From: a phage
Reading direction: 5' to 3' (one strand)
Sequence record: PZ386967.1
DNA length: 64,000 nt
A model generated the notes under the pieces. The model was not told the DNA's origin. It made no database searches and saw only the letters and a program-made list of their open reading frames with translations. Below, in pieces: positions 1 to 9,434 of the stretch; within the stretch, counting starts at the first letter, position 1, and each line of letters starts with the position of its first letter. Made by a program: the position numbers and the translations under genes.

Positions 1-351
1 ACGTTCTACAGATTGAACGACCTGCCCGAGAGCCAGTGGGTTTGTGTCGGCGCCATCAGTAGGACTTGAACCAGTCCAAGTCCAGGTGATGCGTAAATTC
101 TGGTATGCTTCGTCAAGGGCGAACCCCATAACCTCAGTACCAGGAATGATACCCGTTGGAGACCAACCTAAACCAGCAGAGGAGGCGTTAGAAGCAGGCA
201 TCAGTACCTTCGCCCACGGGAGTTTGTCTGTAGGCAGGAGGACGGGATCGTCGGTGTGTACGCCATAGATGCGGACGGCGACGCGCCCGTTTTGGTCTGG
301 ATCGTTGACATCTTCAACGGTGCCGTAAAACCATCTCATATTGTCTAACAT
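1..351 (-). CDS. baseplate central spike/hub protein, gp5-like N-terminal OB-fold domain (partial; C-terminus lies beyond window start)
   Basis: Minus-strand frame open from ATG at 351 to position 1 (117 codons, hand-translated: MLDNMRWFYGTVEDVNDPDQNGRVAVRIYGVH...LPTDKLPWAKVL...). WFxGxVxDVxDPxxxGRVxVRIxGxH...PTDxLPWA pattern is typical of phage baseplate spike N-termini. Not in the supplied ORF track because it is truncated. Confidence 0.5.
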   Translation of the reverse strand, partial: MLDNMRWFYGTVEDVNDPDQNGRVAVRIYGVHTDDPVLLPTDKLPWAKVLMPASNASSAGLGWSPTGIIPGTEVMGFALDEAYQNLRITWTWTGSSPTDGADTNPLALGQVVQSVER

Positions 352-385
352 ATTGAGTTCCGGTTGTCAAACAAGGATTTGAAGG

Positions 386-393
386 TATTTATG
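386..393 (-). promoter_or_regulatory. candidate T4-type late promoter (CATAAATA on minus strand) about 34 nt upstream of gp5-like start
   Basis: Plus-strand tatttatg = minus CATAAATA, one mismatch from T4 late consensus TATAAATA; same spacing to start codon as the 6498-6505 element. Confidence 0.3.
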
Positions 394-690
394 CGCAGCT
401 GATTTTGCCTTATATACTATAGGAAGCTCTGCTTCCGTTCATTTTATTTGTTTTATTCGATCCTATTCGCTTCGCTCATCAAACCGCCCTATGCGGGCAG
501 CACCATTCCAATGCCATGGAGGCATAAGGGCGAGGCAATAACTGTACACCCCAGAACACTCCTTGAAAAATGGTATTTTACTGACAATCTGATTCAAAAC
601 AGACAAACACCAACAAATGACTCGGGAACAAGCCCATTATAGCAATTTCAGGTAAAAAGAGCGCGTGTTAACCGATTTTACAGTTAAGCC

Positions 691-716
691 AATAAAAATC
701 CCGCCGAAGCGGGATT
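691..716 (-). terminator. rho-independent terminator downstream of CDS 864..1670
   Basis: Stem ATCCCGC / GCGGGAT with CGAA loop; on the minus strand followed by TTTTTATTGG. Confidence 0.6.
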
Positions 717-863
717 ACTGTTTCTTAGACAACCTGACCTTGAGGGCTTCGGTTAACAAGTCAAGATGCCATGGCATCGACTCGTTGATTTCAAATATGC
801 TATAGCCGTGTAACTTCAATTCATCACACATCACGAAGTAGGATAATAAATCAGTTTCAAACA

Positions 864-1670
864 TTAAATGAAAATTTCATTAATACTATTGAATTCGATT
901 TTGTGCTCCTTACCACATTTCGGACACTTGATCGAACTCTTGTAGTGGATGCGCGGTATTTTATGGAAGAAGTTCTTCGTAATGCTGTCAATAACATCTG
1001 ATTCGATGTTATCCTTCACCCACTCAACAAACGCTTCTTTCACACGGCGGCGCTCAGTAGCCTCTTCCGGAGTGATTCCGATTTCTTCAGGATTCTCAAC
1101 CTTCCACACCTGACCGTCATCATCGTACAGACAGTCGATAAAGGTGGCCAGCATCATCTCAACGCTTGCAGCATCAGACAGTGCCGTAGCGTCCGAGAAG
1201 GAAGGTTGGCGCATCTTGAGGTGATATCCACCTGGCAGGTCAAACGTCTCCCGGAAGCCGTCCTGAGCAATGCATTTGACGTTGTTCAACGGGATAGGTA
1301 GAGTCAGTTCCTGCTCACAGGGAACCATCTGGTGCTTTTCTTGACCATCTCCCAGATCGATCGTTTCTTCAATCTGATTATTGCACTTATAACGAATCTT
1401 CATCAATTCACCGATGGAGATCATGCGCATGCGGATGAACACTTCCTCAACAACGCCGATTGGCAGTTTACTGAAAGGTGCGCCTGCATTTACACACTCG
1501 CTAAAGAGACTCTCCATCATGGCCGCGCGTTCTTCAATCGGCGTTTGCGGATCTGACACCTGAAGTAATAAAGTTTGTTGCCCCGCAGTAAAGGCGCGAT
1601 ATTTGATCACAGTAGGCCAAAAGTCGCTTTTATATGTCTTTTCTGTTCTGGGCAATGATGGTAAATTCAT
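864..1670 (-). CDS. hypothetical protein with C-terminal CxxC...zinc-ribbon-like motif (CPKCGKEH)
   Basis: ORF track 864..1784; start moved to ATG at 1670 (MNLPSLPRTEK...) which has GGAG 8 nt upstream and avoids overlap with 1714..2244. Function not recognised. Confidence 0.45.
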   Translation of the reverse strand: MNLPSLPRTEKTYKSDFWPTVIKYRAFTAGQQTLLLQVSDPQTPIEERAAMMESLFSECVNAGAPFSKLPIGVVEEVFIRMRMISIGELMKIRYKCNNQIEETIDLGDGQEKHQMVPCEQELTLPIPLNNVKCIAQDGFRETFDLPGGYHLKMRQPSFSDATALSDAASVEMMLATFIDCLYDDDGQVWKVENPEEIGITPEEATERRRVKEAFVEWVKDNIESDVIDSITKNFFHKIPRIHYKSSIKCPKCGKEHKIEFNSINEIFI

Positions 1671-1713
1671 AATGTATCTCCACGGTATATTGTAAGAGTA
1701 ATTATAACGAGGA

Positions 1714-2244
1714 ATGAAAATGCGCGGATTTTGTTTTAGTGAAATAGGCAAAGAACTGTCTATACAATATCCCGATCCCAACACAGACTTCTTTATCTTC
1801 CTGACTGATTATGCCAAGAAAGAGAATATCCTCCATGTGGCAATGAAACACGAAGATTATAAGTTCTGTCGGCTGGGTGTCAAAGACCTGCTGCGTTATG
1901 GTCTACAAGTGGTCATTGTAGACCCATACTACAGCCCTATCGACGATGAAGAAGTTCTACCCGTATATGTTCACCGCAACATCAATACATTGGAAAAGCA
2001 TTATCCAGATTGTATTGTCATCGGCGAACTCATCTCGTATTATCATCGTGTGCGAAAGCTGGAACAGATTAAAAGTTATTTTCAAGAGGGTGTTGGTCAA
2101 TATAAGATGAATGCCCTTAGTAGTGGATGGATGGTGCTGTCTTCAGCAGGCAGTGCTGACTATATTAAGATGCGTGTCTACCAATACGTTGTGGAGCGCG
2201 ATTATGAACTGGAGAAAAGTAATGCAAAACGAAAAACCCGTTGA
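1714..2244 (+). CDS. hypothetical protein
   Basis: 176-aa ORF, first gene of a plus-strand run ending at gp32; no recognisable motifs. Confidence 0.4.
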   Translation: MKMRGFCFSEIGKELSIQYPDPNTDFFIFLTDYAKKENILHVAMKHEDYKFCRLGVKDLLRYGLQVVIVDPYYSPIDDEEVLPVYVHRNINTLEKHYPDCIVIGELISYYHRVRKLEQIKSYFQEGVGQYKMNALSSGWMVLSSAGSADYIKMRVYQYVVERDYELEKSNAKRKTR

Positions 2245-2713
2245 ACGTGCTCCGATTGAGGAAGTACAACAACACGTCCTGGACCTTATGAAACACACAG
2301 TTTCTGATGCCGAAGGTAAAGTGCCGGATGAGTTCATCGGTGCGTTCGATCAGGTGGCTTTCGATACAGAGGGAGTTCCTTTGATCCAGACGATCGCTGG
2401 TATGGTTTTGTTTGAACCAAAAGCAGTAGAAAATGGCGTAATCGTCTACTCAGCCAACATCGGTGTGGACGGTGAGTCCCTGTCTCTCGAAGTTAGCAAC
2501 ATTGCTAAGTACCTGATCAAGTGTGGTTATGATCTGCAGGTTGTGACAGCCCACTACATCGATCCTCAGGGACAGATCTCCTACGGTGATGAAGCGCGCA
2601 AAGTGAAACGCCACATCGACACTACCGTGATCCTGCAGAGTATCCAACAGATGCAGAAGAACCTGGACCACCCTGGTCTGATCCTACCTGATAGCAAAAT
2701 CATCACCCGTTAA
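2222..2713 (+). CDS. hypothetical protein
   Basis: ORF track 2111..2713; internal ATG at 2222 (MQNEKPVER...) has GGAGAAAAGT upstream and overlaps the previous stop by 23 nt. Confidence 0.4.
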   Translation: MQNEKPVERAPIEEVQQHVLDLMKHTVSDAEGKVPDEFIGAFDQVAFDTEGVPLIQTIAGMVLFEPKAVENGVIVYSANIGVDGESLSLEVSNIAKYLIKCGYDLQVVTAHYIDPQGQISYGDEARKVKRHIDTTVILQSIQQMQKNLDHPGLILPDSKIITR

Positions 2714-2764
2714 CCCGGCGTAAATAGCCCATACACCAATGAAACTTCGTTATGGGCTATTTAC

Positions 2765-3355
2765 ATGAAATATTGCGGAATCGACTACTCCTATGGCTGT
2801 CCATCCCTGTGCTTCTGGGATGACAAAGACCCTCTTGATTTTGATCATCTGCGCTTCTACGCATATTATACTGTGGAGAAGTACTGCACTCAGATTCGTC
2901 AGAATATCCTTATCATGAAGCAACCGAAGTGGGAGACCCCAGAAGAACGCTTCTATAACATCTGTAAATGGGCTGAGGCTGTCCTGTTGACTGAGAAGCC
3001 GGATGTGATCACTCTTGAAGGGTATGCTATGGGCAACTCTAAGAACTCCAACAACATATGCCAGACCGCAGAGAATACCTCACTGTTGAAGCAAGCCCTG
3101 CGCCGTAACAATTTCGACTTCCAGATCGTGACGCCATCCCATGTGAAGAAGATGTTCACCGACAAGGGCAACGCGGATAAACACGCCATGATCGCTCACT
3201 TCGAGTCGCTGTTCAATGTTAATATGCGCGGTATAATGGATATGTTGGAAGTTAAGGATCCTAAGCCAATCGATGACCTCGTGGATTCGTTTGCGATAAT
3301 GGCTTGTGGCTCTTACTTCATTGAGAATAATCCAGACTTCAACAGAGGTATATGA
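2765..3355 (+). CDS. RuvC-like Holliday junction resolvase (putative)
   Basis: N-terminal CGIDYSYG (catalytic Asp context), ITLEGYA (Glu), C-terminal PIDDLVDSFAIMACG resembling the RuvC D-x-x-D-A motif. Motif-level only. Confidence 0.4.
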   Translation: MKYCGIDYSYGCPSLCFWDDKDPLDFDHLRFYAYYTVEKYCTQIRQNILIMKQPKWETPEERFYNICKWAEAVLLTEKPDVITLEGYAMGNSKNSNNICQTAENTSLLKQALRRNNFDFQIVTPSHVKKMFTDKGNADKHAMIAHFESLFNVNMRGIMDMLEVKDPKPIDDLVDSFAIMACGSYFIENNPDFNRGI

Positions 3356-3666
3356 TGGTCGATTATTGGTTGTTGGCGAACTTCCTGACGTTCGCTTTGT
3401 TGTTAGTGGTTGTCTTGGTCTGGGTGAAGTCGTTCTTCACTCTGGTTCATGCGTATGTGTACCAGATCAACTTCTACACGCTGTCCCCACATCGTGACAC
3501 GAACGTTCGTGCCGATCAACAGGCCGAGGCTATCCTCTCATATCAGTTCATCCACATGCGCGATAAAATGATCAAGCGTGTAGTGTTTTCTACAGTGATG
3601 TTGCTGGTTATCATTATGGTGCGTTTCGTACTGACAACCGTGGGGGTGTTCCATGCCGCTGTATGA
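3352..3666 (+). CDS. small membrane protein (hypothetical)
   Basis: Hydrophobic N-terminus (LLANFLTFALLLVVVLVWV) and second hydrophobic stretch; start overlaps upstream stop. Confidence 0.35.
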   Translation: MMVDYWLLANFLTFALLLVVVLVWVKSFFTLVHAYVYQINFYTLSPHRDTNVRADQQAEAILSYQFIHMRDKMIKRVVFSTVMLLVIIMVRFVLTTVGVFHAAV

Positions 3667-3898
3667 TTATCAATGCAAGGGCTGTGGTAACGCGATGACA
3701 CTGCGTAAATCTATTGCAGATCGCCATGAGCCTGAATCCAACCCTTGCACTGAGTGCGGAGGGGAGATTAAAATGATCGTGGGTGCTCCCAAGATTGTCT
3801 CTGGGGTGAAGGGACCACAATCAGCTCCAGACGGCTTCAAGGACGTCTTGCGTACGATAAAGAAGGGTTCGGGTAAGGGGAACACAATCGATGTCTGA
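3653..3898 (+). CDS. FmdB-family zinc-ribbon protein (putative)
   Basis: MPLYDYQCKGCG...CTECGG matches the MPxYxYxCxxCG...CxxCG zinc-ribbon signature. Confidence 0.45.
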   Translation: MPLYDYQCKGCGNAMTLRKSIADRHEPESNPCTECGGEIKMIVGAPKIVSGVKGPQSAPDGFKDVLRTIKKGSGKGNTIDV

Positions 3899-4136
3899 CG
3901 AAAAACAGCCAGCGCTTGTGATGACACCAGAATTATTTTCTGAAATCGTCCTACTACGCGCCGCCCAAACCAAGGATAGTATCCTTGAGACTCTGGCAGC
4001 TGTCTGTGAAGAGAACGACATAGACGAGACCAAAGTCAAAAAGATGATTACAGCACCATTGTTGTCACGACTGACAGCTGAGTGCTCCGATGCGCGCCTG
4101 ATCAAAGACGCGCTAAAGTCTAAGAAATTAGTGTAG
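3891..4136 (+). CDS. hypothetical protein
   Basis: 81-aa ORF in operon context, overlapping upstream stop. Confidence 0.35.
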   Translation: MSDEKQPALVMTPELFSEIVLLRAAQTKDSILETLAAVCEENDIDETKVKKMITAPLLSRLTAECSDARLIKDALKSKKLV

Positions 4137-4143
4137 GTCTATT

Positions 4144-4383
4144 ATGAGCAAAGAATCAATTTACAGCGCAATGAAAGCCTCCGAATTCCTTCCTGGCTCT
4201 ATGCGCTGGCGTGTGGGTAGCCTGAACGAGCATGCCGACCAGACGGATCGTATTCGTTACGTTACCCCTGATGGTCGCTCATATGTCGTTGAGTATCACA
4301 CGCACGACGAAGGCAAGAAGACGTTTTCGGACGTGTTCGACATTATTGAAATTGACCCAGCAAATCAAGTGCTTAAAGGTTAA
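4144..4383 (+). CDS. hypothetical protein
   Basis: 79-aa ORF directly upstream of the gp32 promoter/hairpin. Confidence 0.35.
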   Translation: MSKESIYSAMKASEFLPGSMRWRVGSLNEHADQTDRIRYVTPDGRSYVVEYHTHDEGKKTFSDVFDIIEIDPANQVLKG

Positions 4384-4407
4384 TTCAATGTAAGATCGGG
4401 GTATAAT
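4384..4407 (+). promoter_or_regulatory. TTCAAT-box / TATAAT promoter upstream of gp32, with -10 inside hairpin CGGGGTA-TAAT-TACCCCG
   Basis: TTCAAT at 4384-4389, TATAAT at 4402-4407; 7-bp GC stem flanks the -10; gp32 ATG at 4482. Confidence 0.4.
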
Positions 4408-4481
4408 TACCCCGCTTTGTAGCAAACTGAAATACATGTAACAGAATAGCCCTGAGGGGCGGAAACAGAGGAAATTAAGAA

Positions 4482-5492
4482 ATGGGTAATTTATTCGATC
4501 GTCTGAAAGCATCTCGTGGCCAGCAAACTGAAGCAATGCAGGCGCGTCTTGCACAGCAAGGCCAGAAGTCCGGTTTCCAGAAGGATCCTCGCATCTGGAA
4601 ATGGACTTGGAACAAAGATGGTATCTCCGAGAATATCATCCGCTTCCTGCCAGTCCCGCTGGTAGACCTCAAGGCACAGGAAGAAGGGACGATCGATAAA
4701 GATCAGATCCTCACCCCTTGTGCCATGATCATGAAGCATCAGTTCCAAGGACCTGGTGGTTGGTACATTGAGAACTCACCTCAGACGTTCGGCAACGACG
4801 ATCCGGTGCGCGACCATGACCGTCCGCTGTGGGCGCAGCAGAAAGAAACGAACGACGAAAAGCTGAAGGACATCCTGAAGAAACGTCTACCCAACACCGA
4901 TTACTACGCTAACATTCTGGTGATCAAAGATGTCAACGTACCGGAAAACAACGGCAAGGTCTTCCTGTTGAAATTTGGTAACGCCATCAAGAAAATCCTG
5001 GATCAGGCGCAGAATCCTAAGTTCCCAACCGACCCTAAATTCGATCCGTTCGATCTGTGGGAAGGTGCCAACCTGAACCTGAAGCTCTTTGGCGAGCAGA
5101 AGAAGTTTGGGAACTGGGAAGGTCTGGTGGCAAACTTCAGTAAGGTGGTGTGGGAGAACCCTGCCCCGCTGAGTGATGACGAAGCGTATATGGAAGACGT
5201 CTGGTCTCGTGAGCATAGCCTGTTTGAATTCTTCAATCCGGCTAACTTCAAAGACTACGACACCCTGGAAAAGCGCCTGCGCAAAGTTCTGGCAATTCCT
5301 GATGACCAGCCTCTGGTTGAAGGTGGTGCAGCCACGATGGCTCATGCTCCTAGCACCCAGACTACACATCAGCCAACTGCTCAAGACAGCCTGAAACAGC
5401 AACAGGCCGCGCCGTCGCAGGCTCAGACTCAACCGGATGCCAGAAACACGGCTACCATTGATGAATTCGAGCAGTATCTCAAGTCTAACTGA
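4482..5492 (+). CDS. 32: single-stranded DNA-binding protein (T4 gp32 family)
   Basis: IRFLP, YYANILVIKDVNVPENNGKVF and WEGANLNLK match remembered gp32 blocks; GAGGAAA SD; acidic C-terminal tail. Confidence 0.85.
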   Translation: MGNLFDRLKASRGQQTEAMQARLAQQGQKSGFQKDPRIWKWTWNKDGISENIIRFLPVPLVDLKAQEEGTIDKDQILTPCAMIMKHQFQGPGGWYIENSPQTFGNDDPVRDHDRPLWAQQKETNDEKLKDILKKRLPNTDYYANILVIKDVNVPENNGKVFLLKFGNAIKKILDQAQNPKFPTDPKFDPFDLWEGANLNLKLFGEQKKFGNWEGLVANFSKVVWENPAPLSDDEAYMEDVWSREHSLFEFFNPANFKDYDTLEKRLRKVLAIPDDQPLVEGGAATMAHAPSTQTTHQPTAQDSLKQQQAAPSQAQTQPDARNTATIDEFEQYLKSN

Positions 5493-5498
5493 TCAAAC

Positions 5499-5527
5499 AA
5501 GCCATCTTCGGATGGCTTTTTATTTTC
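5499..5527. terminator. bidirectional rho-independent terminator between convergent gp32 and 5520..6464
   Basis: AAGCCATC-TTCG-GATGGCTT hairpin with T-run on plus strand (TTTTATTTT) and A/T-rich flank on the other side. Confidence 0.65.
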
Positions 5528-6464
5528 CCATCACGTCTTTCAATATCCCCAACAGGCTTGTCTTCTCCGCCGCCGTCAGGTTATCGTTGCCCATGATGTC
5601 ACGAGAGATACCTACCGAGATGCGCTCGAAGTCCTGTATGCTTATCCCAGCCAGGTTGTTTACAAGTTGGTCAAGCTGTTTGTAAGCCAGGAGAGCCTCT
5701 CCTGTGAAGTTCCCTTCTTTCACCTTGCGATAAAGCTGTCCGGCTTTTGAGGCCGCAGTTTCCCAGTCACCACTGGTAAGAGCGTCAGCAATACCGAGAG
5801 GAAGAAAATCGCTGGAAAGGCTGCGTGTTTCATATTCTGTCTCCGAAAGCACTTTGTTGTAAGAGAAAGAAATGTTGTACTGGTTGAACTGGTCTGTGGC
5901 ACCTTTATCCAGCTCAATAGAACTGAAATTTATTGGGTGAGCCTCGACGATGTAGACGCGGTGGACCACTTGATCTTCGGTGTCAAGCTGTTCAATGCAT
6001 ATGTCAGTCACGAAGTCTTCGTAATATCCCATTTTGGTGGTGTGTGGATCAAAGATCAGACTCTTCCACTTGTCCATCACAGACTTCTCATAATAGTCAT
6101 TGGCTAATAAGAATGACAAGTCGAGGTCGACGTTGGACTTGTTGTTCGGCATCTTGATGTGATTACCGTTGCTTGTCATTGGAGTGGTGTCGATACCAAC
6201 CCCTGGCAATGAGGCAACCATACACATCATCTGAAGGGAACGGGACGTCTGGTTTGTCCCTCCAAAGAAAGCGTTTACAATACGGGCTGACTGCTTAAAC
6301 AAGTCACCGAAAGATGAATTGGTTCTGTACGCCTTTCCGTCATTAGCCAGAGTGGCATTGGAGTCAAAGATCCCTGGTGGTAGAGGGATGGTCACTCTGA
6401 AGCGGTTCTTGCGCGACAAGCCCCGCTGTAATATCTGTGTGATAAAATTGCGATAGTCTTCCAC
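5520..6464 (-). CDS. tail tube / baseplate-tail-tube junction family protein (gp19/gp48/gp54-like, putative)
   Basis: N-terminal RFRVTIPLPPGIF...VASLPGVGI resembles the tail-tube fold signature; GTG start with GGAG SD; TATAAATA late promoter 34 nt upstream. Confidence 0.4.
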   Translation of the reverse strand: MEDYRNFITQILQRGLSRKNRFRVTIPLPPGIFDSNATLANDGKAYRTNSSFGDLFKQSARIVNAFFGGTNQTSRSLQMMCMVASLPGVGIDTTPMTSNGNHIKMPNNKSNVDLDLSFLLANDYYEKSVMDKWKSLIFDPHTTKMGYYEDFVTDICIEQLDTEDQVVHRVYIVEAHPINFSSIELDKGATDQFNQYNISFSYNKVLSETEYETRSLSSDFLPLGIADALTSGDWETAASKAGQLYRKVKEGNFTGEALLAYKQLDQLVNNLAGISIQDFERISVGISRDIMGNDNLTAAEKTSLLGILKDVMGK

Positions 6465-6497
6465 GGTGAGGACTCCACTTAAATAAAATAACTGTTA

Positions 6498-6505
6498 TTA
6501 TTTAT
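6498..6505 (-). promoter_or_regulatory. T4-type late promoter TATAAATA (minus strand) upstream of 5520..6464
   Basis: Plus tatttata = minus TATAAATA, exact T4 late consensus, 34 nt from the start codon. Confidence 0.45.
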
Positions 6506-6517
6506 AGGAGTTGACAA

Positions 6518-7222
6518 ATGGCAAAGAATGCAGCTGGCGAAGAAGATCCGTTGCTGTTTCCGGCCGAGATGGACGCCCCCGAGCTGGTCAAGCGTTACAT
6601 CCGCAAGTACCGTCAACACTTCGGTCCAGAGGCGAAGCGTAACATCCGCCGTTCGCATGTGTGGTTCATGGAGCGTGTGTCTAAGGACGCCAACCTGAAT
6701 CCCAACCATATGAAACAGGCGTTTGCTGATCACAAACGTCCGGTACAAGGTGTGCGGTATATAGTCGGGCGTATGTTCTATTTCAAATATGATGCTCTGA
6801 CGAAGAATGAACTACCCTACTGGGATATGTACCCTCTGGTGTTCTTCTTCAACTTTGTCAAGGGTGATGGTATCACCTTTGGAGAGAAGGGTGTGACATA
6901 CCTCTGGGGACTCAACATGCACTACCTGCCACCGAAGCTCAGGCTGTTGGTGTTTGAGGATCTGATTAAGTTGCGTAACGAACGGGCATACCGCTCAAAG
7001 ACGCGTCTGAAGCTCACCTGGGAAGCCCTGAAGCGCTTCGCCAACCATCCGCTGTACAATCACTGTGTGAAGCTGTACCGCGCCGATCAGTTCCGTTCAC
7101 AGCTTTACGAGATTGAACCACAGTACTGGGAGATCGTTCTCTTCATGCGCACGGCTCGCTTCCAGAAACAGAGCCAGATGTCTGTGTGGAAAGATGCACG
7201 TCGTATGCATAAGAAGAAATAG
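6518..7222 (+). CDS. hypothetical protein
   Basis: 234-aa ORF with GGAG SD; basic C-terminus; no recognisable motif. Confidence 0.45.
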   Translation: MAKNAAGEEDPLLFPAEMDAPELVKRYIRKYRQHFGPEAKRNIRRSHVWFMERVSKDANLNPNHMKQAFADHKRPVQGVRYIVGRMFYFKYDALTKNELPYWDMYPLVFFFNFVKGDGITFGEKGVTYLWGLNMHYLPPKLRLLVFEDLIKLRNERAYRSKTRLKLTWEALKRFANHPLYNHCVKLYRADQFRSQLYEIEPQYWEIVLFMRTARFQKQSQMSVWKDARRMHKKK

Positions 7223-7285
7223 TTCTATAACCTGTTCCGAGGGATAATTCGTGAACGGGTAATCCTTCAACAATGAGGCTATAAC

Positions 7286-8035
7286 ATGTCACAAATGTAT
7301 CGTTTGTTCGGTCTGGAGTTTACGCCAGCCCGTCTTGAAATGAAACTCCCAAACTTTGAAAAGAGCGGGTTCGAAGTCGGTTGCGTCCTGGGGTTCGATC
7401 GCAATGGCAGATCTGTCCGTGAACACAATATCTTCGACGCGCTGGGTCTGAAAGAAGACAGCGAAACCGCAATTCAGTTCAGCGAAGACATTCGTTTTGG
7501 TCATGCCGACCTGTACGATTATGTCCGTGATGTGATCGCTGGATATGAACATGCCAAAGCGCATATGAAGATGGCGACAGAGGCTTGCCTGAAGCTGGCG
7601 CATTGTCTATACTTCTTTGGTCGCAAGCGTCAGAATCTCGATATGGTATTCCCATCGGAACTGCTTGAACGCTTCTCTGAAACCGAATTCCTGCTGAAGC
7701 AAGCTGACGGAGTTGCTGTCAAATCTAGTGAAGTATTCAAACACCCGATAAATCTGGTGTCTGGGCATCTGCTGGTAGGGCGTGATCAGGTCGACCTGGC
7801 GATTCATCCGGATATGGAGTATGATCAGAACTCCTGTCGTGCCATCCACAACTACGTAGGTGCCATTCTAGAAAACTTGTACTCAGCCATGGAAGAAGTG
7901 ATGGCAGCAGAACAACAGGAAGAAGTGATTCGTCGTATCCGCGAAGATATCGAAGGGAAGGTGAAACAGGATGTTCTGGTGGGATATCTACCAGAGCATT
8001 TCCCTGAAGTTCCAAACTTCTACCTGTCCAAATAA
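7286..8035 (+). CDS. hypothetical protein
   Basis: 249-aa ORF, same operon orientation. Confidence 0.45.
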   Translation: MSQMYRLFGLEFTPARLEMKLPNFEKSGFEVGCVLGFDRNGRSVREHNIFDALGLKEDSETAIQFSEDIRFGHADLYDYVRDVIAGYEHAKAHMKMATEACLKLAHCLYFFGRKRQNLDMVFPSELLERFSETEFLLKQADGVAVKSSEVFKHPINLVSGHLLVGRDQVDLAIHPDMEYDQNSCRAIHNYVGAILENLYSAMEEVMAAEQQEEVIRRIREDIEGKVKQDVLVGYLPEHFPEVPNFYLSK

Positions 8036-8049
8036 CTCCACTGTGAGAG

Positions 8050-8331
8050 GTGTGTATGAAACGTTATCTGAAGCTGACGACTGTCCTTGAGTCGATCATA
8101 GAGTATTTCATCATGCAACACCTCCGCGCCGACAACATGCATTTAGACGGTTGCCTGACGTATGACCACAAGATCATTGTCCATTCTGTTGAAGTGGTGG
8201 ATGATGATCTGATGATTGCAAATGTAGAACACTGTCTGTTTGATGAGTCGGTTGATGCGTACTGCCAACCACGGTTCGCAAAAGTCGAGCTAACAAATTG
8301 TTGGCCGCCGGAAATGGTTTTTCTATATTGA
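8050..8331 (+). CDS. hypothetical protein
   Basis: 93-aa ORF. Confidence 0.3.
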   Translation: MCMKRYLKLTTVLESIIEYFIMQHLRADNMHLDGCLTYDHKIIVHSVEVVDDDLMIANVEHCLFDESVDAYCQPRFAKVELTNCWPPEMVFLY

Positions 8332-8423
8332 CGTAGAAAGTTAATATTCACGCAAGTTCGCGCTCCACTTGGTCGCGCACCTTATAACACTAAGGTGTTA
8401 ACTTTCTTTTCAATAAAAAGTAG

Positions 8424-8452
8424 TTTACATCTATGAAAATGCAGTATATTAT
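8424..8452 (+). promoter_or_regulatory. sigma70-like promoter (TTTACA -17 bp- TATTAT) in AT-rich 190-bp intergenic region
   Basis: TTTACA at 8424-8429, TATTAT at 8447-8452, upstream of 8521..9360; a TTCAATAAA box lies just upstream. Confidence 0.45.
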
Positions 8453-8520
8453 GTTCTCACTACACAGTCAGAACAACAATATGCCGCGGATACGGTCTTA
8501 ATAACGAAAGGGTTTTTATT

Positions 8521-9360
8521 ATGTCATATATTCTTCATGTGGATTCTGGAACCAAAATTGAAATTGAAGGCAAAGACGTTGCTGCTATTCAGGCTGAAAT
8601 CAAAGAAGCAGGTCTGATCATCGGAAACGTTACCCTGCGCCGTATGGTTGAAGGTGTTCTTCAGGCTGCCAACGGCTTCGAACTGATTGAAGGTCTGAGC
8701 GCCGAAGAGAAGGAAGAAACTCAGCAGGCTCTGGCGCAAGCCCAAGAGCAAGCCCAAGCTGAAGTATCCCTGAAAGTCGCTGAAACCGTTGATGCTGAAG
8801 CACCGATCTCTGCCGATGCATGTGAAGCCCCAGTGTCCGACGCCCCGGTAGACGCGGTTGAAGATGCAGTCAACGCGGCGCTGGAAGAAGGCAATCAGCC
8901 GTCCGACGCGAAAATCGGTTCCTTAGCGTCTTCTATGCTGAAAGAAGCATCGAAGGGTAAGACCCTGACCCCGCAGGCAGCGCTGGTAGAGCGTAAACGC
9001 CGTCACACCAAACGTGAGGAAATGGTTGACTTGGCTCGCGCTTCTAATCACGGTCCGGTCTTGGCGGCGATTGAAGCTGGTGTTGTCCCCGGCGTGTTCC
9101 TGAGCTACGTGAACCCAGACATGCGTTGGTTCCAGTTCCCGGTCACCGAACTGGCTAACCCTGAAAACCTTCACGCCCGCACCAATACGTATGTCGACGT
9201 TGCGCCTATCGTTTCCGGTGGCTGGGGCTTCAGTCTGTACGTGAACGGCAAGTCCTTCACCAAACGTCAGAAGATCAAAGAGTCTGATGCTGAGTCTCTG
9301 GTTAAGGCGATCAATGAATGGCTTCCACAGGCTCTGGCTGAAGCGAAAGCTGCTGCGTAA
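8521..9360 (+). CDS. hypothetical protein (Ala/Glu-rich central region)
   Basis: 279-aa ORF following promoter region; no recognisable catalytic motif. Confidence 0.45.
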   Translation: MSYILHVDSGTKIEIEGKDVAAIQAEIKEAGLIIGNVTLRRMVEGVLQAANGFELIEGLSAEEKEETQQALAQAQEQAQAEVSLKVAETVDAEAPISADACEAPVSDAPVDAVEDAVNAALEEGNQPSDAKIGSLASSMLKEASKGKTLTPQAALVERKRRHTKREEMVDLARASNHGPVLAAIEAGVVPGVFLSYVNPDMRWFQFPVTELANPENLHARTNTYVDVAPIVSGGWGFSLYVNGKSFTKRQKIKESDAESLVKAINEWLPQALAEAKAAA

Positions 9361-9390
9361 TTTAAGTTCAGAAACTGTTCAAAAGATGAA

Positions 9391-9424
9391 GGGGCTGCTA
9401 TAATAGCAGCTCCTTTTGTTTATT
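9391..9424 (+). terminator. terminator hairpin that also carries a TATAAT in its loop (terminator/promoter unit)
   Basis: GGGGCTGCTAT-AAT-AGCAGCTCC followed by TTTTGTTTATT; TTCAAA box 15 nt upstream of the TATAAT. Confidence 0.5.
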
Positions 9425-9434
9425 GGAGCAGTTT

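Noticed and set aside
44-268. 74-aa plus-strand ORF
   Set aside because: Embedded antisense in the gp5-like N-terminal coding region, which shows a strong conserved protein pattern.
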